Position numbers and translations under genes: made by a program
Notes under the pieces: model-generated
Seen by the model: only the letters and a program-made list of their open reading frames with translations
Databases searched by the model: none
Told to the model about the DNA's origin: nothing
Part shown: positions 37,067-44,194 of the stretch, piece by piece
How positions within the stretch are numbered: position 1 is the stretch's first letter
How the letters are laid out: every line of letters starts with the position of its first letter
Assembly: GCA_043770255.1 (NCBI GenBank)
Contig: JAYVIL010000085.1
Coordinates: 1-63,438 of the forward strand
Origin: Candidatus Kaiserbacteria bacterium
Lineage (GTDB): Bacteria > Patescibacteriota > Minisyncoccia > Phycocordibacterales > UBA918
Length of the DNA stretch: 63,438 nt
Direction: 5' to 3'

Positions 37067-37431
37067 CCAAAACAAAAAAGCCAAAGCGGGGCGAGATTTG
37101 GTTAGTTAATTTTGACCCAACTATCGGTTCAGAAATAAATAAAACCCGCCCAGCTCTAATCATTCAAAATGATATTGCTAACGCCTATAGTCCAGTCACC
37201 ATCGTAGCTGCCATCACAACTGCAGTAGCAGGCGATAGAATCTACCCCACCGAAGTCCTCATAAAAGCCGGCCCAACCGTCGGACTAAAAAATAATTCCT
37301 TGGTCCTTCTCAACCAAATCCGCACCATCGATAATGCCAGATTAGTAAAACGCCTCGGTGCAGTTCCAGCACCCATACTCTCGCAAGTCAGCACCGCCAT
37401 AGAAATCAGTTTAGATACTGTTGGAATATAA
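37048..37431 (+). CDS. mazF: MazF/PemK-family endoribonuclease toxin
   Basis: KPKRGEIWLVNFDPTIGSEINKTRPALIIQND...VTIVAAITT is the classic PemK/MazF signature. Confidence 0.85.
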   Translation: MAKQTVTKTKKPKRGEIWLVNFDPTIGSEINKTRPALIIQNDIANAYSPVTIVAAITTAVAGDRIYPTEVLIKAGPTVGLKNNSLVLLNQIRTIDNARLVKRLGAVPAPILSQVSTAIEISLDTVGI

Positions 37432-37458
37432 TAACGCCAGAATAACCACACTACACTT

Positions 37459-37490
37459 AGCTTTGCCTGAGGCAACGCCTCGGCAAAGCT
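37459..37490. repeat. palindromic cassette-boundary repeat, copy b
   Basis: AGCTTTGCC(T)GAGG-CAAC-GCCTCGGCAAAGCT. Family members lie at 35813-35830, 40036-40064, 40352-40380, 40947-40977 and 41046-41105. Confidence 0.65.
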
Positions 37491-37545
37491 TACGGGGCTT
37501 TCGATTTTAAAAATGGCCGCGAGCTGATGCTCGCGGCCATAACTT

Positions 37546-38637
37546 TCATCCTGCCATCGCAAAATTGGTGGCAGTTGGATCATTAGTCCGTTCGTCACCA
37601 ATCGAAAGGAACGGCGGTAGAGTGATTTCATCGTCCAAGCTGCCAACCTCAACTTCAAGCATTGCCTGCCCCCGGCGCTTCCCACTGAGGAAAACGTCAA
37701 GTTCGTAGTGATGGTTTCCATACAGGAAACAATGCCTGAATTTCCGAATCGTTTCGCGCGAACGATCTACTCGTACCAACAGATCCTCGTACTGTACTTT
37801 GGAAACGATGCGCTCGCGCTCAATGGCGACACCACTGCGAACAAATTGTTTGATGGTATGAGTAAAGACCCACTGTCCACCATAACTCCGTGCTCGCACT
37901 CGTTCAGTCACGCCAGGCTCACCCAGGAGATAGTTCTGGATGATTTCGCTTTTGACTGCATGCTCTGGCAACTGTGCCTCGGCAAAATCCTGAACATCGA
38001 ACTTCCGTTCAATTTCCATTGGTTCTGGGATACCGAGGATTCTGGAGAACTCGGCCACTGTATGCCGAATCTTTTGTTCAAAAGTCTGGTCGGTACGATT
38101 TTCAATTACCCCGAGATGTAAAACCCCGGCCCAAGCGTGCGAAGTACGCTCATCAACGTCTTTCGCCTCTTTGAGCGATTCGTATCGATTGGGGTTGGAT
38201 TCATTTGAATAGAACTGCTCTGCACCCATTGCTGCACTGCGCATGAAGATCACGCCGTCGTAACGATCTCCCTTTGCTTTGTCGGCCTCAATACCGTGCA
38301 AACGGCACAAGTCACGGAACTCGTTCACATCTATGTACGCCGACTGGTCCCACAAGCCCCGGTCACAGATAAGAACGGGTTTGTGGCCTTTCACTGTCAT
38401 TGCTTTTGCGTACTTGTCGAGACTGGCTTCAGTACTGGCGACATGTGCCAACACTGCCGGCTGGAAATTTGGATCACGTGGATCAAGCCCAGCAGCCATC
38501 AAAAACGTCGCCGCCTCCGGCACAATGATTGGCAGATAGCCCGTCTCACGTGCCCAAGTAGCCATTTCCGAAATGGCAGTTGTCTTCCCCGCACACGGGC
38601 CTCCCGTCAGAACAATTTTTGGTATATCAGTCTTCAT
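37546..38637 (-). CDS. fusion protein: P-loop NTPase/kinase (AAA_28, NadR-kinase-like) + CYTH (triphosphate tunnel) domain
   Basis: Walker A is LTGGPCAGKTT. The CYTH ExExK motif is MEIERKF, with downstream acidic/basic strands (ERVRARS, ERERI, ELDVF, MLEVEV). The start may be 38637 or 38691. Confidence 0.7.
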   Translation of the reverse strand: MKTDIPKIVLTGGPCAGKTTAISEMATWARETGYLPIIVPEAATFLMAAGLDPRDPNFQPAVLAHVASTEASLDKYAKAMTVKGHKPVLICDRGLWDQSAYIDVNEFRDLCRLHGIEADKAKGDRYDGVIFMRSAAMGAEQFYSNESNPNRYESLKEAKDVDERTSHAWAGVLHLGVIENRTDQTFEQKIRHTVAEFSRILGIPEPMEIERKFDVQDFAEAQLPEHAVKSEIIQNYLLGEPGVTERVRARSYGGQWVFTHTIKQFVRSGVAIERERIVSKVQYEDLLVRVDRSRETIRKFRHCFLYGNHHYELDVFLSGKRRGQAMLEVEVGSLDDEITLPPFLSIGDERTNDPTATNFAMAG

Positions 38638-38861
38638 TTTTTCAAGGTCCTTTCCTGACCAAGTGTTTCCATTACCACTATACGCAACCAAACCAAAAGT
38701 TCAAGTTTTACAATAAAAATTCAGACCTTGAAGACCTCCCTCGAGCTACGTTTTCCGTCCCAAAACCCCCAAACACACCCCACAGGTTTTACGGTTTTGT
38801 TGCATTTTATGTAAAATCTGGCATTGTTGCAGGCAGTAGACCCTTAGCACAGGACGAGATC

Positions 38862-39263
38862 ATGACCGATACTGTATTTGCCATTCATGGCACATTCTTT
38901 CAGACCAACGAGGCTCTTGCTGTCGTACACGGAGCCGAACAAGACGGCGGTACCCATGCCGAACTTCGGGAACTTGCCATGTCCCACGCCTTCAGCGGAA
39001 ACTTCATGATTCCCGAGGATTCAGGTCATGGGGAAGGTGTCATGATCGACTACTTCGGCCCTTCCAGAATTTTCGTGAAGAGGCAGACAGCTGGGATGCA
39101 AATTGAGAAACAATACTCCAACAGGAATCTCGTTTACGCACTCAAAGCGACCGAAACCCCAAACCTCTACGAGGGTGAGTATCACGGTGGTTTTGTTGGC
39201 ACTGGAAAGGTCCGTTGCTACATCACCGAACTCCCCGAATCGCTCTTCAGCCTCACACCATAA
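38862..39263 (+). CDS. hypothetical 133-aa protein divergent from the AAA-CYTH gene
   Basis: ATG at 38862 (MTDTVFAIHGTFFQ...). The ORF is followed by the bidirectional terminator CACTGCCGTCCGGGTGACCGGGCGGCAGTG (~39290-39325). Confidence 0.45.
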   Translation: MTDTVFAIHGTFFQTNEALAVVHGAEQDGGTHAELRELAMSHAFSGNFMIPEDSGHGEGVMIDYFGPSRIFVKRQTAGMQIEKQYSNRNLVYALKATETPNLYEGEYHGGFVGTGKVRCYITELPESLFSLTP

Positions 39264-39344
39264 TTGGCGTACCCAATCGCCACTTGAATCAAAACTGCCG
39301 CCCGGTCACCCGGACGGCAGTGTTTTTATACCCCACTCATCACA

Positions 39345-39432
39345 GACCACACATCACATACGTATCATCACAAAGGTCGAGATAATAATTATTATGAGCC
39401 ATGCAGGTAGCATAGCAAATTGGTTTAATTGT
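39345..39432 (-). pseudogene. duplicated, truncated 5' end of the Nudix gene (right copy of the ~80-bp direct repeat)
   Basis: On the minus strand the ATG at 39402 gives MAHNNYYLDLCDDTYVMCG and then decays. The promoter-proximal sequence is also duplicated from 36694-36775. Confidence 0.6.
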
Positions 39433-39435
39433 GCT

Positions 39436-39699
39436 TTATCTGTACAACTGAGAGTGAGTACCTATTATTAAAAGGTATAGTGTTTTTCCGCTATCTCTAA
39501 TATCAAAAATCACTCGTAAATCAGAATTAACATTAAAACTTTGACGTCCTGCCCAAACACCATGTAAACCATGAACATACAGTAGTGGATGCTGTGGATC
39601 TTCTAAATAGAGGCTGAGCCGTTCACCGAACTGTTGCTTCGCTTTAAGCGGTAGCTTGGCGAAACATTTCTTAAAGTCCTTACTATAAGAGACTTCCAT
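39436..39699 (-). CDS. relE: RelE/YafQ-family mRNA interferase toxin
   Basis: 87 aa, with ...LHGVWAGRQSFNVNSDLRVIFDIRDSGKTLYLLIIGTHSQLY. The gene lies 4 nt after the antitoxin stop. Confidence 0.8.
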   Translation of the reverse strand: MEVSYSKDFKKCFAKLPLKAKQQFGERLSLYLEDPQHPLLYVHGLHGVWAGRQSFNVNSDLRVIFDIRDSGKTLYLLIIGTHSQLYR

Positions 39700-39703
39700 A
39701 GAA

Positions 39704-39991
39704 TTATTTCATTAAGTCAGTCATGAGAGCGTCTACGGAAGAAAACTTTTTCACTTTGCCAGCCTTGTACTCCTCGTCTGCAGCTTTGAGCGCCCGAACT
39801 AAAAAGGGAGAGGGTTCGTAAACTTTTGCTGAAAAAGTAATCTCTTTTTCAATCACAAACTGCTTCAGCATGGAGTTAACAACCGTGGTGAGCGTTAGAC
39901 CCATACCATCAGCCACTGCTTTAGCTTCAGCCTTAAGCTTCTTATCAGTCTTAATATTTAAAATTGTCGCACTGTTAGGTGTTGTAGCCAT
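39704..39991 (-). CDS. relB: RelB/DinJ-family antitoxin
   Basis: MATTPNSATILNIKTDKKLKAEAKAVADGMGLTLTTVVNSMLKQF is DinJ-like. The ATG at 39991 is preferred. Confidence 0.75.
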   Translation of the reverse strand: MATTPNSATILNIKTDKKLKAEAKAVADGMGLTLTTVVNSMLKQFVIEKEITFSAKVYEPSPFLVRALKAADEEYKAGKVKKFSSVDALMTDLMK

Positions 39992-40382
39992 ATATACCAT
40001 AATATACATTATAGTATTATTGTCAAATTTAAGCCATGCCTAGGTGACGCCCAGGCGGTGCTTTCTTATTTCATACCCTACCCTCCTTTTGGCTTCTTAA
40101 CCATTTGTGTACCGCGATTTTTGACCACGCCTTCCATCCGCGACGCAACCCGTCGAGGCATTGGCTGATTATGTGGAATATTTTTTCCGTTCGGATTTAT
40201 ATTCATATATCTATATATTTGAGAGTACCCCCAAGATTAAACTATTAAAAATAAATAATTGAAGACCTATAGTCTTTCACCTACTATGCCGTAGTACATA
40301 CATTTAGCTTACGAAAACCTTGAGTAAATTGAATATCTGTATATTTGTCGTTTTGCCTAGAAGAGTCCTAGTCTGAGCTTCA

Positions 40383-40643
40383 CTAATTATATACATCGTG
40401 AGAACCAACGAGCAGTAATAGTATTTCTGATGGAATTGGGTATGAGAAAATTACTCGGATTTTGTAGTTTACTGAAAAACTGTATTTCTCTGCCATCCGA
40501 CCACTTAATTTATGAACTTTAAGCGATTGATGATTGGCTGAATCTTTCAAAAGATCTAATTTTACTAAAATTTCCTCTTTGAGATTAGCGTCTAATTTAC
40601 GAAATTGTCTCGCAAACTGTTTTGAAATGACAATTTCAAACAT
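40383..40643 (-). CDS. RelE/ParE-family toxin
   Basis: 86 aa: MFEIVISKQFARQFRKL...LKVHKLSGRMAEKYSFSVNYKIRVIFSY...LLLLVGSHDVY. Confidence 0.75.
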   Translation of the reverse strand: MFEIVISKQFARQFRKLDANLKEEILVKLDLLKDSANHQSLKVHKLSGRMAEKYSFSVNYKIRVIFSYPIPSEILLLLVGSHDVYN

Positions 40644-40651
40644 GAAGCTTA

Positions 40652-40870
40652 TTATTTTAGACCCATCAAAATACTACGGGTATCACCCCGCAAAACTTTC
40701 CCTTCACGATATTCTTGTTCTGATTTTAAAATTGAAGTGATGGCTGCTTCTTCTGCTAGAAGCTCCAGTGCCTTGCGCATCACTCCCGCCCGACTAGACC
40801 CAAAATCATCAACGAGTGCATCGAGGTGTTCAATTTGCTTAGTATTTAAAGGCACAGTGATAGTAGTCAT
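40652..40870 (-). CDS. RHH/CopG-like antitoxin
   Basis: 72 aa with SSRAGVMRKALELL. It lies 8 nt upstream of the toxin gene. Confidence 0.6.
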   Translation of the reverse strand: MTTITVPLNTKQIEHLDALVDDFGSSRAGVMRKALELLAEEAAITSILKSEQEYREGKVLRGDTRSILMGLK

Positions 40871-40980
40871 AAGATGTATGTTATTTACTATAATATAGTA
40901 CTAAATTGTAGTAATAATGCAAGCACTCTACTTTACTAAAAAATGACTTTGCCTAGGAGAGTCCTAGGCGGAGCTTTCGC

Positions 40981-41032
40981 GAAATCAGTTTAGATAATAT
41001 TGGAATATAACAATGCCAAAATAACCATACAA
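40981..41032 (+). repeat. remnant copy of the mazF 3' end and its downstream sequence
   Basis: AAATCAGTTTAGATAATATTGGAATATAACAATGCCAAAATAACCATACAATAC matches 37409-37456 (AAATCAGTTTAGATACTGTTGGAATATAATAACGCCAGAATAACCACACTACAC). Confidence 0.6.
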
Positions 41033-41052
41033 TACCTAGGCGTTGCCTCGGC

Positions 41053-41105
41053 GGAGCTTATTGCCTCGGCGGAGCTTATGCCTCGGCGGAGCTTAGTTTC
41101 ACATT
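41053..41105. repeat. three tandem copies of (T)TGCCTCGGCGGAGCTTA
   Basis: Direct read. This is the right half of the palindromic cassette-boundary repeat family. Confidence 0.85.
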
Positions 41106-41172
41106 TCTTCGTACAAAAATGACCCTTTTGGGTCATTTTTTGAGCTCTCATATGTTACGGTACGAGCTAGGC

Positions 41173-41904
41173 TTATGAAGTACTACTCATTAAATTTTGT
41201 TTTTTATTCTCATTTAGCAAACCTGTGGCAAGCAAATCATCTACAGAAACTATTTTTTGTTTTACTAGATCATGATAAATTGTTTCACTAGAACCACCCA
41301 TTTCCACCAATTTAGAAAGGACACGATTACTAAGTTCTCGGTCAACTGGCGCTGAAATATTTTCGTAAAACTCATCGCATATTTTTTTAACCTCGGCTTC
41401 AATCTTAACTACCTCATCGCCACTAAATTTTACTTGACCAAAAAACTCACTTTCAGAATCATCGTTGTGTGAATGTTGGTAGCTGGCAATTTTTTCAATA
41501 CCAATATACAACTCTCCTGGTGTAGCTGCATTTGAATAATCACCAGTATCTAACAATTGGTTATCACGAACCAACTCAACTACGTTTCTTTGATTGTGCG
41601 ATTCTATTACTGAGCTCTCAATTGAAGATATGGATTTATCTTCTTTATCGTCGGTATCTGATATACGTTGTAATGAGTTACCTTCAGAAATTCTGTCTAA
41701 AATGTAGTTTGAGATTTCTTCTGCTGAAGCCGGCTTTACCTCTTCAGTGAAATTTTGAACTACGGTGCTATACATATTATGATTTGCTGCCCATCTTGAA
41801 AAACCAACAAACTTTCCTGTTTTTTCGGACAATAAGTTTTCAACTTTTTTTAGAGTTTCTTTAAACTTTATTTCTCGCAAAGATTCAAATGTATTTTTTT
41901 CCAT
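41173..41904 (-). CDS. hypothetical acidic protein, AT-rich gene
   Basis: A 243-aa ORF with no recognisable motif and lower GC than its neighbours. Confidence 0.45.
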   Translation of the reverse strand: MEKNTFESLREIKFKETLKKVENLLSEKTGKFVGFSRWAANHNMYSTVVQNFTEEVKPASAEEISNYILDRISEGNSLQRISDTDDKEDKSISSIESSVIESHNQRNVVELVRDNQLLDTGDYSNAATPGELYIGIEKIASYQHSHNDDSESEFFGQVKFSGDEVVKIEAEVKKICDEFYENISAPVDRELSNRVLSKLVEMGGSSETIYHDLVKQKIVSVDDLLATGLLNENKKQNLMSSTS

Positions 41905-42083
41905 ACTGTTATTTTACCCCCCACAAAAGATGCAACTGGAAACGTGGTACTTTCATGCATATATAAAATATCGCTACTACTGCTACCAACTGGCGGGGGT
42001 TGGACCTGCGTCCATTCAAAAAGTGGACCATCTTTGTAGATGTTGGAAACGCCCAAATTTGAATGAGTCACGAGGCGGGTAGC

Positions 42084-42127
42084 AAAAAAGCCGCGACACG
42101 TACTTGCGTACGGAGAGCGGCTTTTTT
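42084..42127. terminator. terminator of rpsG; also copy D of the hairpin element
   Basis: AAAAAAGCCGCGACACGTAC-TTGC-GTACGGAGAGCGGCTTTTTT. Confidence 0.7.
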
Positions 42128-42170
42128 GCGTACCCAACGAAGTGAATCGTCAAATTTGGGAGTTTCCTGA

Positions 42171-42641
42171 TTACCAAGCGAAGTGGGCGAAGGCTCGGTT
42201 CGCCTCAGCCATCTTATGCGTATCCTCCTTCTTCTTCACTGCATTTCCTTCTTCCTTGGCTGCAAGAATCAATTCCTGAGCTAATGCCTTGTGCATTGGG
42301 ACACCTTTCTGGTTTCGAGCACCAGTGATGATCCAACGGAGAGCAAGGGCGAGACGTCGTTCAGGACGAACTTCGCGTGGTACCTGGTAGTTGGCTCCAC
42401 CAACGCGGCGTGAGCGAACTTCCATCATTGGACCAGCGTTACGAATCGCGGTGTTAAATACTTCGATTGGGTCGCCTCCATCTTTGCGTTCTTTGATTTC
42501 TGTGAAGGCAGCGTACACAATTTTGCGAGCTGTTTCCTTCTGACCACGAAGCATGATGTAGTTAATCAAGCGTTCAATGTCAACCGATCCGAATTGGATG
42601 TCTGGTTTGACGACTGGTCGTTTTTTAATTGGACGTCGCAT
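42171..42641 (-). CDS. rpsG: 30S ribosomal protein S7
   Basis: 156 aa, MRRPIKKRPV...INYIMLRGQKETARKIVY...VRSRRVGGANYQVP... Confidence 0.95.
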   Translation of the reverse strand: MRRPIKKRPVVKPDIQFGSVDIERLINYIMLRGQKETARKIVYAAFTEIKERKDGGDPIEVFNTAIRNAGPMMEVRSRRVGGANYQVPREVRPERRLALALRWIITGARNQKGVPMHKALAQELILAAKEEGNAVKKKEDTHKMAEANRAFAHFAW

Positions 42642-42844
42642 GGTTAGTTTTCTTAATTTATTGGTAATTAAGAATGAGAGTATGGCATGGGCCTGCTTTC
42701 ATTCTTCGCATAGTGCAGCCCCGTACCAGTTATGGTTGGGCTTCATCCTTTATCTTTAGCGAATATAGACTATTTATAAACTTCCATCCTGCACTCAAGA
42801 TACATTATGTCTCAAGTTGCCAAGTTATTTCAAAGCGAAAGAAA

Positions 42845-42935
42845 TTGACGTAGATGCGAGGCGAACAAAGAAAATTTTGTGAGCCGTATTTTTATACGGT
42901 GAGTGAAATTTTACTGCAGTTCAACGACGCAGATG
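42845..42935 (+). repeat. copy B of the hairpin element (rpsL/rpsG spacer)
   Basis: Hairpin at 42871-42912 with apex CCGTAT-TTTT-ATACGG and tail CAACGACGCAGATGCG. It is flanked by direct ACG(T/C)AGATGCG. Confidence 0.6.
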
Positions 42936-42942
42936 CGTTGAT

Positions 42943-43356
42943 TTATTTTGCTTTGGGTTTTTTGGCGCCGTAGCGTGACCGTCCCATTCGTCGTTCTGCC
43001 ACTCCAGTCGCATCGTATTTACCACGAACGATAGTGTAGTTAACGCCGATGTCCTTCACACGACCTCCACGTACAAGCACTACTGAGTGCTCCTGGAGAG
43101 TGTGCTTGATACCTGGGATGTACGCGGTAATTTCCATTCCGTTTGAGAGACGTACACGAGCAATCTTTCGAATCGCTGAGTTCGGCTTACGCGGAGTTTT
43201 GGTAGTTACGCGGGTACATACACCACGTTTGAACGGTGAGTTGTAGTAATTCGGCTTGTTCTCGATTGAGTTGAAACCTGCATACAACGCACCAGTCTTG
43301 CGCTTAGTAACTGGGTCGACACGCTTCTTTCTTGTTAATTGATTTATTGTTGCCAT
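42943..43356 (-). CDS. rpsL: 30S ribosomal protein S12
   Basis: 137 aa, [12 protein letters not shown]...[16 protein letters not shown]...[10 protein letters not shown]. Confidence 0.97.
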   Translation of the reverse strand: MATINQLTRKKRVDPVTKRKTGALYAGFNSIENKPNYYNSPFKRGVCTRVTTKTPRKPNSAIRKIARVRLSNGMEITAYIPGIKHTLQEHSVVLVRGGRVKDIGVNYTIVRGKYDATGVAERRMGRSRYGAKKPKAK

Positions 43357-43371
43357 AAAGCTCGGCTAGAA

Positions 43372-43398
43372 TACTACTATTAGCCATAATTTGCAAGG
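43372..43398 (-). promoter_or_regulatory. candidate rpsL promoter
   Basis: On the minus strand: CTTGCAA-ATTATGGCTAATAGTAG-TATTCT. The same TTGCAAATTATGGCTAATAGT string ends both 119-bp direct repeats upstream. Confidence 0.35.
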
Positions 43399-43456
43399 CT
43401 GAGATATAAAAGCGACAGGTTTTACATACTACATATTTTGGCTATTAATTAGCCTG

Positions 43457-43575
43457 TAGGTAGACTGGTTTGGAAATGGGACGGATAATTTTATTAGGAA
43501 TAAAAATTACCGTCAAAATTCGCAATTGTCACTACGTTCTGTTGCTCATTTTACTATTAGCCATAATTTGCAAAG
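43457..43575. repeat. 119-bp direct repeat, copy 1
   Basis: Matches 43859-43977 with about 3 mismatches, at an offset of 402 bp. Confidence 0.85.
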
Positions 43576-43595
43576 ACAGACCTAATCGGGCAAAG

Positions 43596-43795
43596 AAAAA
43601 CCGCCTCAAAGAGACGGGTTGCAGGCGGGTACGGGCGGAGGCGACATACCGATGTGGGAAACGTACCCACCTGCTTAGGCGGGGAGATCCCCACTCGGTA
43701 ACTGTTTGTTAGTTGAGAACGTGTGCAGGTGGGCCCAGCCGATATGCCTATAGTGGAAAACCCCACCTGCACTGCCCGTTCTCCACCAGGCAACT
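43596..43795 (-). ncRNA. candidate structured RNA / attenuator-type leader ending in an intrinsic terminator, upstream of rpsL
   Basis: No credible ORF. The minus-sense fold has a closing stem (GGTGGAG/CTCCGCC, with a G-U pair only on this strand), a long hairpin (GAGAACG..GTGCAGGTGGG / CCCACCTGCAC.CGTTCTC), a second branch (TACCGA/TCGGTA enclosing GGGGATCTCCCC and GTGGGTACGTTTCCCAC), then CCGCCT..AGGCGG + TTTTT. The 5' boundary is uncertain. Confidence 0.45.
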
Positions 43796-43858
43796 AAATC
43801 TTCCAATACAGTATCAGTAACAAAAAAAAACGCAAGTTGATTAATGTGATGGTTGATT

Positions 43859-43977
43859 AGGTAGACCGGTTTGGAAATGGGACGGATAATTTTATTAGGA
43901 ATAAAAATTACCGTCAAAGTTCGCAATTGTCACTACGTTCTGTTGCTCATTTTACTATTAGCCATAATTTGCAAGGA
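43859..43977. repeat. 119-bp direct repeat, copy 2
   Basis: See 43457-43575. Confidence 0.85.
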
Positions 43978-44194
43978 GAAATAATGAGCCACAAACACCC
44001 CGGGTGCTTATTTAAAGTATTAAAAAGGGTCCGGCATTACTGATAGATGCCGAACCCTATTCGCAACTACTGAAGCGCTAACTCCATTAGTTACTCTTCA
44101 TAAGCAGGACAATCCCTATCCGAGAAACAAAAATAGTACATCCCACTGCCGAATTACTAGACTATATCATTAGAATGAGTAAAGTAAAGTTAAA

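Noticed and set aside
35813-41105. A classical integron (attC sites plus cassettes)
   Set aside because: The cassette-like layout and hairpin repeats are suggestive. However, I found no intI or attI in the window and the repeats lack RYYYAAC/GTTRRRY core sites. I kept it as a finding, but not as an integron call.
41868-42137. An 89-aa minus-strand ORF between rpsG and the 243-aa gene
   Set aside because: It starts inside the rpsG terminator / element D and overlaps the start of the next gene. It has no SD and no motifs.
43620-43790. A plus-strand tmRNA or tRNA-like gene, suggested by the ...CTCCACCA string at 43782-43789
   Set aside because: There is no T-arm (GGTTCGA-like) motif, no GGGG 5' end and no tag ORF. 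The G-U pair and the T-run terminator both favour the minus strand.
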